Made by a program: the position numbers and the translations under genes. Of a stretch of 64,000 nucleotides of DNA, positions 38,743 to 48,003 are shown in pieces. The DNA comes from Syntrophorhabdaceae bacterium (GTDB lineage: Bacteria; Desulfobacterota; Syntrophorhabdia; Syntrophorhabdales; Syntrophorhabdaceae), in assembly GCA_963666485.2 (NCBI GenBank), contig CAXXUO010000001.1, positions 704,001 to 768,000 on the forward strand, given 5' to 3'. The notes below the pieces were generated by a model. It was not told the DNA's origin, did no database searches, and was given only the letters and a program-made list of their open reading frames with translations. Positions within the stretch are counted from its first letter, which is position 1. Every line of letters starts with the position of its first letter.

Positions 38743-39020
38743 GACACCCTCCTTTACAATTATTTCATTCTTTACATTATACCGTGAAAGGGATAAATGG
38801 CGGGGCGAGAAAATCACAAAGACACTGGATCCCGGCCTTCGCCGGGATGACGACGAGAGCGAAAAAAAGGCGCTCGGTTTTTACGCCTCACGCCTTACGC
38901 TTTACGCCTTACGATCTTTCAGAACCGTCAAACCGCTTGAACGCGTAAACCTATTGCGTTATTTCAAGCCCCCCTTGATCGTACACAAACCACGTTCAAG
39001 CGGTTTAAACGGCCAAAGCT

Positions 39021-40445
39021 TTACTGCTTGCCTGTGGTCAGGTATTCGTGGATCGCCGTCGCCGCTTTTCTCCCTGCACCCATTGCAAGAATAACGGTTG
39101 CGGCGCCTGTCACGATGTCACCCCCCGCCCATACTTTATCACGCGTTGTCTTGCCCGTTTCCTGGTCAGCGACAAGTGTTCCTCTCTTCGTTGTGTCGAG
39201 TCCGGGTGTCGTCGCCGGGACCAGCGGGTTCGGGCTGTTCCCGATCGCGACCACAACGGCATCTACCGGCATCCGGAAATTGGAACCGGGAATCTCGACC
39301 GGTGAGCGCCGCCCGGACGCATCCGGCTCACCAAGTTCCATTTTGAGGCATTCGATCTCCTTAACCCACCCATTCTCGTCACCAATGTATGCGAGAGGCA
39401 GGGTGAGCACGTCGAAGATCACGCCCTCTTCCTCGGCATTCTCCGCTTCCTCGGCACGTGCCGGCAGTTCCTTGTGGGAGCGCCTGTACACGATGTGCGA
39501 CTCGGCGGCACCCATGCGCACAGCAGTCCGCGCCGAATCCATCGCGACGTTCCCGCCGCCGACGACCGCAACCTTCACATGCCTTTTTACCGGCGTCGCT
39601 GCTTTCGGCGCCTGGTAGCCTTTCATCAGGTTCATACGGGTCAGGTATTCGTTGGCCGAATACACACCGTTTAAGTTTTCCCCGGGGATGTCCATGAACC
39701 AGGGAAGCCCCGCGCCTGTTCCAACGAAAACAGCGTCGAACTCTTCAAGGAGTTCGTCTATCGACCGGGTCTTCCCGACAACGAAGTCGGTAAACACCTT
39801 GACGCCAAGGGCCTTCAGATAATCCAGCTCCCGCGCGACGATCGCCTTCGGAAGCCTGAATTCCGGGATGCCGTACACGAGCACGCCTCCCGCCTTATGA
39901 AGCGCCTCGAAGATCGTCACCTCGTGGCCGAGCATGATGAGGTCGCCCGCGACTGTAAGTCCGGCTGGTCCCGACCCGACGATGGCAACCTTCTTTCCGG
40001 TCGGCGGCGCCTTCTCAGGAAGGTCGATCTTCCCCTGTGCCGCTTCCCAGTCGGCAAGAAAACGCTCGATACGGCCGATCGCTATCTCGCCGCCCTTGTT
40101 GAGCAGGATGCATTTTGACTCGCACTGTGACTCCTGCGGACACACCCTGCCGGAGATGGCTGGAAGACAGTTCTTTTCTTTGAGCTTTTTTATACCCGCC
40201 GAAAAATCTCCTTTCTTGACACAGGCGATGAAAGCGGGGATATCGATCCCGACAGGACACCCTGTCTGGCATCTCGGCTTTTTGCACTGCAGGCAGCGCG
40301 AGGCCTCCGCCTGCGCAAGTTCCTTGGTATAACCGAGCGCCACTTCCTCGAAATTATTTCGCCTGATCTTCGGAGACTGGTGGGGCATCGCTCTCCGGTT
40401 GAGATCTATCTTGCTTGCTTTTTCCTGAGTTTTCTCGTCATTCAT
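39021..40445 (-). CDS. nfnB: NfnB/GltD-like large subunit (NADP(H)-dependent)
   Basis: RCLQC, GRVCPQESQC, GSGPAG, GGGNVAMD and GGDIVTGAATV. Confidence 0.88.
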   Translation of the reverse strand: MNDEKTQEKASKIDLNRRAMPHQSPKIRRNNFEEVALGYTKELAQAEASRCLQCKKPRCQTGCPVGIDIPAFIACVKKGDFSAGIKKLKEKNCLPAISGRVCPQESQCESKCILLNKGGEIAIGRIERFLADWEAAQGKIDLPEKAPPTGKKVAIVGSGPAGLTVAGDLIMLGHEVTIFEALHKAGGVLVYGIPEFRLPKAIVARELDYLKALGVKVFTDFVVGKTRSIDELLEEFDAVFVGTGAGLPWFMDIPGENLNGVYSANEYLTRMNLMKGYQAPKAATPVKRHVKVAVVGGGNVAMDSARTAVRMGAAESHIVYRRSHKELPARAEEAENAEEEGVIFDVLTLPLAYIGDENGWVKEIECLKMELGEPDASGRRSPVEIPGSNFRMPVDAVVVAIGNSPNPLVPATTPGLDTTKRGTLVADQETGKTTRDKVWAGGDIVTGAATVILAMGAGRKAATAIHEYLTTGKQ

Positions 40446-41298
40446 GCCAGGCACACTTCCCTTCTTTATGCGCGAAAGTGGCGTCGCTCTTGCGGAAGAA
40501 CAGTGTTTCCTCCCTCATATACGCCTTCCTGCGCGCGAGAAATTCCTTCCAGTCAATGTCGTGTCCGTTGAATTCCGGGCCGTCGACACAGGCGAATTTC
40601 ATCTTCCCGCCGACGGTTACCCGGCATACGCCGCACATTCCCGTGCCGTCGATCATGATCGGGTTCAAGTTGACCACGGTCGGTATGGCAAGGTCTTTTG
40701 TGACCTCCGACGTATGCGCCATAAGATATGTACACCCGTTGACGATGATCCTGTCGGGCTTCTCCCGCATGCCGTGGATAACATCCGGCAGGCGGCTTAT
40801 ATGGCCCTTCGTTCCCAGGCTGCCGTCACGGGTGATGGTGTATATCTTTTCCGCGATCGGAATATACTTATCGAGCCAGTAGATGAGGTACGAACTCCTG
40901 GCTTCGAGGACGATCGATACCTTGTTCCCTTTTGCCTTCAACGCCTTTGCGACGGGGTACAGACTTCCGATCCCGTAGCATCCGCCGACAAGCAGGACAT
41001 TCCCGAATGTATCAATGTGCGTTTCGTTCCCCAGCGGCCCGACGCATGTGAGCACCTCATCGCCCGCGTTGAGTCCCGCGAGCACCGATGTCGAGGCGCC
41101 GACCTCCATGAACACGATGGTGATCGTGCCTTTCTCGGGGTCATAGTCGGCTATCGAGAGCGGTATACGCTCACCTTCCTCGGCGCCCCGGACGATGACG
41201 AACTGCCCGGGCCTTACCTTGGTCGCGATCTCCGGCGCGTCCAGCACAAGGACATGCATATTGGGAACGATCATGGACCGTTCAATAACTTTATTCAC
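40438..41298 (-). CDS. nfnA: NfnA/PyrK-like small subunit (FAD, 2Fe-2S)
   Basis: PGQFVIV, ERIPLSIAD, DGTGMCGVC and CVDGPEF motifs. Confidence 0.85.
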   Translation of the reverse strand: MNKVIERSMIVPNMHVLVLDAPEIATKVRPGQFVIVRGAEEGERIPLSIADYDPEKGTITIVFMEVGASTSVLAGLNAGDEVLTCVGPLGNETHIDTFGNVLLVGGCYGIGSLYPVAKALKAKGNKVSIVLEARSSYLIYWLDKYIPIAEKIYTITRDGSLGTKGHISRLPDVIHGMREKPDRIIVNGCTYLMAHTSEVTKDLAIPTVVNLNPIMIDGTGMCGVCRVTVGGKMKFACVDGPEFNGHDIDWKEFLARRKAYMREETLFFRKSDATFAHKEGKCAWHE

Positions 41299-43487
41299 TT
41301 ATGCCTCCTTTCTTCTATCGCCTTCATACCGGCGACGTTATCGTGAAGGGGCACACCACGGAAAGACGCCGGGCCCTCTGCCGTAGCCTTGCGGGATGCG
41401 GGCTTCTCGGCGGCCTTGCCTTCCATGACTACCTTCTTCCTCGGGACCGTTTTGTCCTTTCCCGAAAAGCCGGGAACAGCCTTCTTGATCTCCGATTGTA
41501 TCGCTGCCAGCGAACCGAATTTGAATGCGCCTTTCTTGACCTTTCCCGCTATGCCGTTTACGATCCACCAGTCCGCCTTCGCATCGGCATATGGCTCCGA
41601 TGCCTTATTGTAGGAGAGTATCTTGCCCTCGAAGCTGATCGTCGTCCCCGGGGCCTCGGTGAAGAGTGCAGCAGGCAGGTTCAGGTTCGGCTTCACGCCT
41701 TCCGGCGCCGGAAGCGCATTCTGGTAAATGATGTAATCGCACTGAGGTAAGCCGCCACCCGGCGCCTCACCGATAAAATATCCGACCTTCCGTTTCGCTT
41801 TCAGGTCGACGACCGACGCCGGGTCTTTCATCTTCAACACCCCGTCGGATTTTATACTGCCGGGCATGAGCCCCGGGAATGCACCCATGGCGAGCATGCC
41901 AAGCAGGTTCGTGTAGGGATGGCAGACAATGACCTTCCACCCCAGGTCGTTTCTCATGGAAAGAACACGGTCTAATATCTCTTTGCGTTTTTTCGAAAAT
42001 ATCGCGCCGGGTCCGATGATCGCTATATTGCGTTCGCCTTTCTTGAAGAAGGACGCCGGCACCTTGGCCTTCTTGCCGTTGCCTGACATTGACTTCACTA
42101 TATTGTCAAGGAAGTCCGGCCAGCCCTCGGGATTCGATTGGAACCCGTGTTCCGCCAGGAAATCGAGGTTGCAATCCCCGCTGTCGATCGTGACGAGCGT
42201 CGCGTCTTTACGGGAGGCCTTCTTGACCGCAATACCGAGCGGTGTGAAACCGTAGGTCGTGTCAAGCCCGATCGAGAGGATGCCTTTCGCATTCTCCACG
42301 GAATCGATCGGTTCGGACGTAAGTGCAAGGTCCACGAAGGCCCTGAGGTCGCTTCCCAGGTCATACATGACCGAAGAGAGAATGGCCTCTGTCCCTACCA
42401 CCTCGCGTGCAAATTTCTGGGCCGCAAAAAGGTCCTCATTCGAGAGATCAGGGGAGACCACAACGCACGCTCCCTTTGACCCCGCTTCCTTGATCTTTTC
42501 TGCCGCCTTATCGAGGGCGCCGTTCCAGTCGATAAGATCGTATCCTTCCGGCCCGAGAACGGTCGGTGCCGCCAGCCTGTCCGGGCTCAGCACGTATTCC
42601 GGTATGGCGAAGCGCCCCTTGACGCATATCAGGCCGTGTTCTGTCGGTGAGTCGTAATCGGCGCTGACGTCGACGACCTCACCGTCCTTTACTTTCAGGT
42701 CGAGCGTACACCCGGTTGGGCAGTACGGACATGTCGACTCGATGATCTCGTCCGGCTTTCCCGACCATTTGCTTACCTTCGCGGAAAGTGCACCCGTGGG
42801 GCACACGGCAACGCAGGCGCCGCAAAACTCGCAGCCCGCCTCGAGATGTGTCCGTGCAAATGCGGGCCCGATCGTTGTCTGCTTGCCGCGCTGTTTAAAG
42901 CTCAATGTTCCATTGAGGCGAATTTCGTTGCATACCCGGACGCACCGCCCGCACAGTATGCAGAGGTTATAATCCCTGTCGTAGAACGGATCCTCTTTTT
43001 CGACGGGGAAATTCCTGTAATAGACGGGGTACGATGTCTCTGTGAGACCGACTTTTTGCGTTATATCCTGAAGCTCACAGAGCGCGTCGTTCGGGCAGTA
43101 GCGGCAGCCCGTCGTGACGCCGACCTTGCGGATCGTTCCCTGGAACTCCTTGCAGTCGTCCTGCTCCCCGCAGAAGAGGCAGCTTGCCGGATGCTCGCTC
43201 AAGAGGAGCTTCAAGACCTCCTGGCGGAGCGTCCTTACCTCCGCGGTGTCAGTCCTTATCACCATGCCTTCCTCTACCGGCGTCGTGCATGACGTCGGGA
43301 AGCCCCTGATGCCGTCGACCTCCACGACGCACAGCCTGCATGCGCCGTACGAAGGCAGGTGCTCCAGCGCGCACAGGGACGGTATGTCGACCCCGGCCTC
43401 GCGCGCCGCCTGGAGAATGGTCAAGCCAGCCTTCGCCTCCACTTTCCTGTTATCGATCGTTATGGAAACCTTTTTCTCCTTGGTCAT
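41295..43487 (-). CDS. NuoG/HydA-N-terminus-like multi-FeS subunit with degenerate molybdopterin-oxidoreductase domain (BfuA/StnC-like)
   Basis: GACRLC...SC, HxxxCxxC, CILCGRC, CEFCGAC and TCPYCPTGC...CVKG; no H-cluster motifs; ATGA overlap with the upstream gene. Confidence 0.8.
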   Translation of the reverse strand: MTKEKKVSITIDNRKVEAKAGLTILQAAREAGVDIPSLCALEHLPSYGACRLCVVEVDGIRGFPTSCTTPVEEGMVIRTDTAEVRTLRQEVLKLLLSEHPASCLFCGEQDDCKEFQGTIRKVGVTTGCRYCPNDALCELQDITQKVGLTETSYPVYYRNFPVEKEDPFYDRDYNLCILCGRCVRVCNEIRLNGTLSFKQRGKQTTIGPAFARTHLEAGCEFCGACVAVCPTGALSAKVSKWSGKPDEIIESTCPYCPTGCTLDLKVKDGEVVDVSADYDSPTEHGLICVKGRFAIPEYVLSPDRLAAPTVLGPEGYDLIDWNGALDKAAEKIKEAGSKGACVVVSPDLSNEDLFAAQKFAREVVGTEAILSSVMYDLGSDLRAFVDLALTSEPIDSVENAKGILSIGLDTTYGFTPLGIAVKKASRKDATLVTIDSGDCNLDFLAEHGFQSNPEGWPDFLDNIVKSMSGNGKKAKVPASFFKKGERNIAIIGPGAIFSKKRKEILDRVLSMRNDLGWKVIVCHPYTNLLGMLAMGAFPGLMPGSIKSDGVLKMKDPASVVDLKAKRKVGYFIGEAPGGGLPQCDYIIYQNALPAPEGVKPNLNLPAALFTEAPGTTISFEGKILSYNKASEPYADAKADWWIVNGIAGKVKKGAFKFGSLAAIQSEIKKAVPGFSGKDKTVPRKKVVMEGKAAEKPASRKATAEGPASFRGVPLHDNVAGMKAIEERRHK

Positions 43488-45364
43488 GATTGTTTCTCCG
43501 CTGTTCTGATCACGATGGCGTCGCCCGCGATAGCTTCGTAACGGCAAACCTCATAGCAAGATCGGCACTTTATGCATTTTGAGGCGTCGAGATTGTGAGG
43601 CTCGGACCTCGGACCGGTAATTGCCCCTGTCGGGCAGACCCGGACGCACGACTGGCACCCGGTGCATTTTTCCTTGATGACACGGTATTCGATGAGCGGT
43701 TTACATACCGTCGCCCGGCACCTGTGGTCCTTGATGTGCTCCAGGTACTCGTTCCGGAAATACCGCAACGTGGTCAGGACCGGGTTCGGCGCCGTCTGGC
43801 CGAGGCCGCACAGGGCGCCTTTCTTGATCGTGTCGCCTAAGGTTCTCAATGCAAGAAGATCGTCGGGAGTTCCTTCCCCGTCCGTGATCCTCTGGAGTAT
43901 CTCGAGAATGTGCCTCGTACCGACCCGGCAGGGCACGCATTTCCCGCAGGACTCTTTCTGCGTGAAATCGAGAAAATACTTCGCCAGGTCAACGATGCAC
44001 GTGTCCTCATCCATGACGATGAGGCCGCCCGAGCCCATGATCGAGCCCGCGCTTGCAAGTGATTCGTAATCGACCGTGAGGTCGAGGAATTCCTCTGAGA
44101 GGCAGCCCCCTGACGGTCCGCCCGTCTGGATGGCCTTGAATGGCTTCTGCACCCCGCCGCCGATGTCGAAGATGATCTCGCGCAGCGTCGTGCCGAGCTG
44201 GACCTCGATGAGCCCCGGCCGGCGGATCTTGCCGACGAGGGAGAATGTCTTTGTGCCGCGATTGCCTTCTTTACCGAAACGGTTGTACCATTCCGGGCCG
44301 TTCCTTAAGATGTTCGGGAGCGTGCCCAGTGTCTCGACGTTGTTGATGATCGTCGGCGACTGGAAAAGGCCCGATATAGCGGGGAATGGCGGGCGTGATT
44401 TCGGCATGCCGCGCTTGCCTTCTATGGAACCGATGAGCGCTGTTTCCTCACCGCAGACAAACGCGCCGGCGCCCTCCTTGATCTTGATCTCGAAACTGAA
44501 GTCGGAGCCAAGGATATTCTTGCCGAGGAGCCCGTACTCGCGCATCTGGCCGATCGCCCGTTTGAGCCGGTCGATCGCGAGCGGATACTCCGCGCGGATA
44601 TACACGATGCCCTTGCTCGCACCGATCGCGTACCCGGCGATGAGCATGCCTTCAAGGACGGCATGCGGGTCGGATTCGATGAGCGACCTGTTCATGAATG
44701 CACCGGGGTCACCTTCATCGGCGTTGCAGATGAGATATTTCTGTTCACCCGGCGATTCCCTGCAGACCGTCCATTTCCTGAAGGTCGGGAACCCGGCGCC
44801 GCCGCGGCCTCTCAGGCCGGCCTGCCGTACGACGGCGATGACGTCCTCGGGGGTTGTTTTTAGTGCTTTCATGAAACCCTGGTACCCGTCGACAGCGAGG
44901 TACTGGTCGATCTCTTCGGGATCGATAAAGCCGCAGTTGCGCAGCACGATGCGGACCTGGGGTTTCAGCATGGGGAGATCGAAGAATTTCGGGATGCCTT
45001 CAAAACCATCGCTGCCGAAATGCCCGAGGGCGAGTTTCTTGTGGGGCACGCCGTCGATGAAATGGGACTTCAGGATCATCCCCAGCATCTTGGCATTGAC
45101 GTTGTTGTAGCTGACGCGAGGCTGACCGGGCATCTTGATGTCAATGAGCGGTTCAAGATAGCACGGCCCGATGCACCCTACCTCGATAATGCGGGCGGTT
45201 TTCTTGTTTTCATCAAGAAAGGTCTTGACGCCTTCCTTGAGGTCGAGAGCCCCGGCAGCACGGCCGCAGGATGCGGCACCTACGTAAACGATGGGCTCCT
45301 TGTTGTCGTTGAGCTTCTCCCATTTACTCTTTGCCGAATCGATCTTCTTAGCGAGTTTATTCAT
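43484..45364 (-). CDS. NuoF/HydB-like FMN/NADH-binding subunit (BfuB type)
   Basis: N-terminal thioredoxin-like 2Fe-2S domain, GRGGAGFP, NADEGDPG, GAFVCGEET, SCGKCVPC, C-terminal 2x[4Fe-4S]. Confidence 0.92.
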   Translation of the reverse strand: MNKLAKKIDSAKSKWEKLNDNKEPIVYVGAASCGRAAGALDLKEGVKTFLDENKKTARIIEVGCIGPCYLEPLIDIKMPGQPRVSYNNVNAKMLGMILKSHFIDGVPHKKLALGHFGSDGFEGIPKFFDLPMLKPQVRIVLRNCGFIDPEEIDQYLAVDGYQGFMKALKTTPEDVIAVVRQAGLRGRGGAGFPTFRKWTVCRESPGEQKYLICNADEGDPGAFMNRSLIESDPHAVLEGMLIAGYAIGASKGIVYIRAEYPLAIDRLKRAIGQMREYGLLGKNILGSDFSFEIKIKEGAGAFVCGEETALIGSIEGKRGMPKSRPPFPAISGLFQSPTIINNVETLGTLPNILRNGPEWYNRFGKEGNRGTKTFSLVGKIRRPGLIEVQLGTTLREIIFDIGGGVQKPFKAIQTGGPSGGCLSEEFLDLTVDYESLASAGSIMGSGGLIVMDEDTCIVDLAKYFLDFTQKESCGKCVPCRVGTRHILEILQRITDGEGTPDDLLALRTLGDTIKKGALCGLGQTAPNPVLTTLRYFRNEYLEHIKDHRCRATVCKPLIEYRVIKEKCTGCQSCVRVCPTGAITGPRSEPHNLDASKCIKCRSCYEVCRYEAIAGDAIVIRTAEKQS

Positions 45365-45806
45365 AATTTTTCAATAACTCCGTCAGTTTATTGACCGTCA
45401 TCCTGCTGTAAATATCACGATCGATCTGCACGACGGGGGACAATGCACAGCACCCGAGGCATGCGACGCGATCGACGTCGAAACGCTGGTCCTCAGTTGT
45501 CTCCCCGCAGTGAATGCCCAGGCTGTGTTCAAGGCTGTCGAGCAGTGTGCCGCCGCCCCTGACATGGCACGCTGTCCCGAGACATACCTTGATGCCGTGG
45601 CGCCCCGGTTCCGTGAAACGGAACTGCGCATAGAATGATGAAACACCGTAGATCTGGTTTTCTGAAATGCGAAGGTACCGGGAAATAGCTTTTACGTTAT
45701 CTTCCCCGATATACCCGAAGACCGCCTGAACATCCTGTAGGATCGGGATCAACTCGTCGGGACCGCGGCCATGCTTCCCGAGAATCTTTGAAATTTGTTC
45801 GGGCAT
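45357..45806 (-). CDS. NuoE/HydC-like 2Fe-2S subunit
   Basis: VCLGTACHVRG and ACLGCCALSP motifs. Confidence 0.92.
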   Translation of the reverse strand: MPEQISKILGKHGRGPDELIPILQDVQAVFGYIGEDNVKAISRYLRISENQIYGVSSFYAQFRFTEPGRHGIKVCLGTACHVRGGGTLLDSLEHSLGIHCGETTEDQRFDVDRVACLGCCALSPVVQIDRDIYSRMTVNKLTELLKNYE

Positions 45807-45955
45807 GGATCTCTCCTATGCCACTAATGTGGCGTTACGAATAAATCAGTCGCGCCGTGATCCGTTCGAGCAGGTATCGTGAAATTTTATCAGTTGTGAG
45901 ATGGCGGTAGTACTGGCTTCCAATCGTTCCCCGAAAAATGCCCCCATGTACACTC

Positions 45956-45985
45956 ATTATTAAAGAAGGCACAAAGTACTGTCAA
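45956..45985 (-). promoter_or_regulatory. Probable sigma70 promoter of the nuoEFG-like/nfn operon
   Basis: TTGACA followed after 17 bp by TAATAAT on the minus strand. Confidence 0.5.
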
Positions 45986-46085
45986 GAAAAAATTTGAAAA
46001 AAGTTGTATATCATGGAAACTATTGACGTTACACAGTAGGCAAGAGGGGCCGTACGGGACACTGTATACAGTATACTGAAAAGGC

Positions 46086-46228
46086 GGGTAAGGGGTAATG
46101 GGCAAGGGGTAATGGGAAACAGGGAAAAAGAAAAAGGTTTTTTGGGTTCACCGAATATTTAAGGTACAGGTTGATGGGTAATGGGTGATACGATTTTCAT
46201 CGTTTCTCCATTACCCATTACCCATTAC
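46086..46228. repeat. Heptamer arrays (GGGTAAT)n / (ATTACCC)n
   Basis: Inverted degenerate arrays in the intergenic region. Confidence 0.7.
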
Positions 46229-46500
46229 CTGGCTTTTCTATTCAGTTCCAGCGTTACGAGGTTAGACGTGTCGGCGCATTGGACGCGGATCGTATCGCCG
46301 TCCCACCAGGGGAGGTTGCCGCCGAACTGAAAGGTCTGGAGGTCGGGGAAAATAGAGTGATAGAAGAAACCGCACAGACCTCCGGAATCGTGGCAGCTTA
46401 TCTCGAAGGCGTCACCCGCCTTATGCCCTGCGCTGCACGTTCCTCTCGATTCAACGACCGTGGCCGTGACCTTGTAGCCTATGCCCGGATCCAATGCCAT
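46225..46500 (-). CDS. TIGR04076-family small Cys protein
   Basis: GTCSAGHKAGD, LCG...SIFP and QCAD pattern. Confidence 0.7.
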   Translation of the reverse strand: MALDPGIGYKVTATVVESRGTCSAGHKAGDAFEISCHDSGGLCGFFYHSIFPDLQTFQFGGNLPWWDGDTIRVQCADTSNLVTLELNRKAR

Positions 46501-46600
46501 AGTGTGCCTCCTTCAGGGTCGTAAAACGCGAGACGCGAAAAGTTAAAGATTTCTGATCCATCCGCATCTCACGTTTTACGTCTTGCGTCTTGCGAGCCTT

Positions 46601-47644
46601 TTACGCGCCCGCCCGTATCGACATTATATCCCCGTCCTGCACGATATACGTCTTTCCTTCGAGGCGCCAGACGCCGGCCTTCTTGCATTCATTCATCCCG
46701 CCGTATTTCATAAAATCCGCGTAGGAAACCACCTCTGCCCGGATAAACCGGGCCGAGAGGTCCGTATGTATCGCACCGGCGGCCTCCTGCGCGGTGACGC
46801 CCCTGCGCACGGGCCATGCCCGGCATTCGTCGTCGCCGACCGTGAGGAACGAGATGAGGCCGAGCGTGTCGAAGGCGAGCCGGATCATTCTCCCCCTGAT
46901 GGATTCCTTCAGGCTGAACTCCTCCATGAACGCCGCGCGCTCATCGTCCGCCATCATCGCAAGCTCCTGCTCGAGGGTTGCGCAGACGTACAGCACGGGA
47001 TATCCGTCAAGCTCTTCGGCGCGCCCTTCATCTTCGGCGACCGTACCTTCCGGCCGGTTTACCGCGATCATCATCGGCTTCTGCGAGAGGAAGCGGAAAC
47101 CGCGCACCGCCTTCTCGTCGTTCGGGCCAAGCTCAAGCGTTTTGAGCGCTTTGCCGTCCCCGACATGCGCCAGCAGCCGGTCGAGAAGCTCGATCTCCTG
47201 CTGCAGCGCGGTATTCTCCTTCTTGCCGCCCTGCCTCCTGATCCTCTCGATCCGCCCCTCTATCTGGATCATATCGGCAAGGATAAATTCGTTCATCAGG
47301 TCCTGGAATTCACGCTTCACGTCAGCTCCTTCATCGCCGTCGAAATCATTGAGGACCAGTATGAAGGCGTCGCTCGAGCGCATCTTCTGGAGCGTCTTTG
47401 CATTTACTGTTGAGTCTTTTATGTTCCCTTCACCGATCGCCACCGTATCGGCAAGCTCGATCCGCGCGTACGTGGTTTTCTTTGGTTTGAATATTGCGGC
47501 AAGCTCGTCGACGCGCGGGTCCGGTACGTCGATCAATACGATATTGTCGCCGTCCGAGAAGCCCCGCGCACTTTCAACACCGCTCAATGCCTGAAAAAGC
47601 GTCGTCTTTCCCGACCGCGCCGGCCCGATAACTGAAATATACAT
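46601..47644 (-). CDS. YchF-like P-loop NTPase (divergent; C-terminal TGS/DUF933 domain)
   Basis: GPARSGKTT, VPDPRV, AGAIHTD...FIRAEV and RLEGKTYIVQDGD. Confidence 0.85.
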   Translation of the reverse strand: MYISVIGPARSGKTTLFQALSGVESARGFSDGDNIVLIDVPDPRVDELAAIFKPKKTTYARIELADTVAIGEGNIKDSTVNAKTLQKMRSSDAFILVLNDFDGDEGADVKREFQDLMNEFILADMIQIEGRIERIRRQGGKKENTALQQEIELLDRLLAHVGDGKALKTLELGPNDEKAVRGFRFLSQKPMMIAVNRPEGTVAEDEGRAEELDGYPVLYVCATLEQELAMMADDERAAFMEEFSLKESIRGRMIRLAFDTLGLISFLTVGDDECRAWPVRRGVTAQEAAGAIHTDLSARFIRAEVVSYADFMKYGGMNECKKAGVWRLEGKTYIVQDGDIMSIRAGA

Positions 47645-48003
47645 CGCATTCTCCCTTTATTGTACGAACAAAACCCGGATGGTTCGATATCCCGCCGGGC
47701 CATAATTATACCGTCTTTTGAGGGCTTGTGTCAGCTTTTTATCCGGCAACGCGCCTGACGTCTTGCACGATCGCCGTCCTTCGGACCGGGATGGGCCCCT
47801 GTTTCCGCCAAAATCCAAAAATATTATTTAGCCGCATGATCATGCCAGCCGCACAGCGTTTAATAGCAACGCACGACGCAGGACCCGACCGATCATCGCA
47901 CTATCGTACTTAAAATTTCTGTTATAATTTTATGAACACGAACGGGCATGTTAACCGGGCTTCGAGGTTGCAGCGCAAAGACAAATATCCCTGGTGCAAG
48001 GTG

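Noticed and set aside
30088..40445. Glutamate synthase (gltD) or dihydroorotate dehydrogenase calls for the two Nfn loci
   Set aside because: No gltB or pyrD nearby; a PyrK-like plus GltD-like pairing is the NfnAB signature.
41295..43487. Selenocysteine formate dehydrogenase alpha subunit or catalytic hydrogenase
   Set aside because: No in-frame TGA, no (C/U)H active-site motif, no H-cluster motifs, and a truncated C-terminus.
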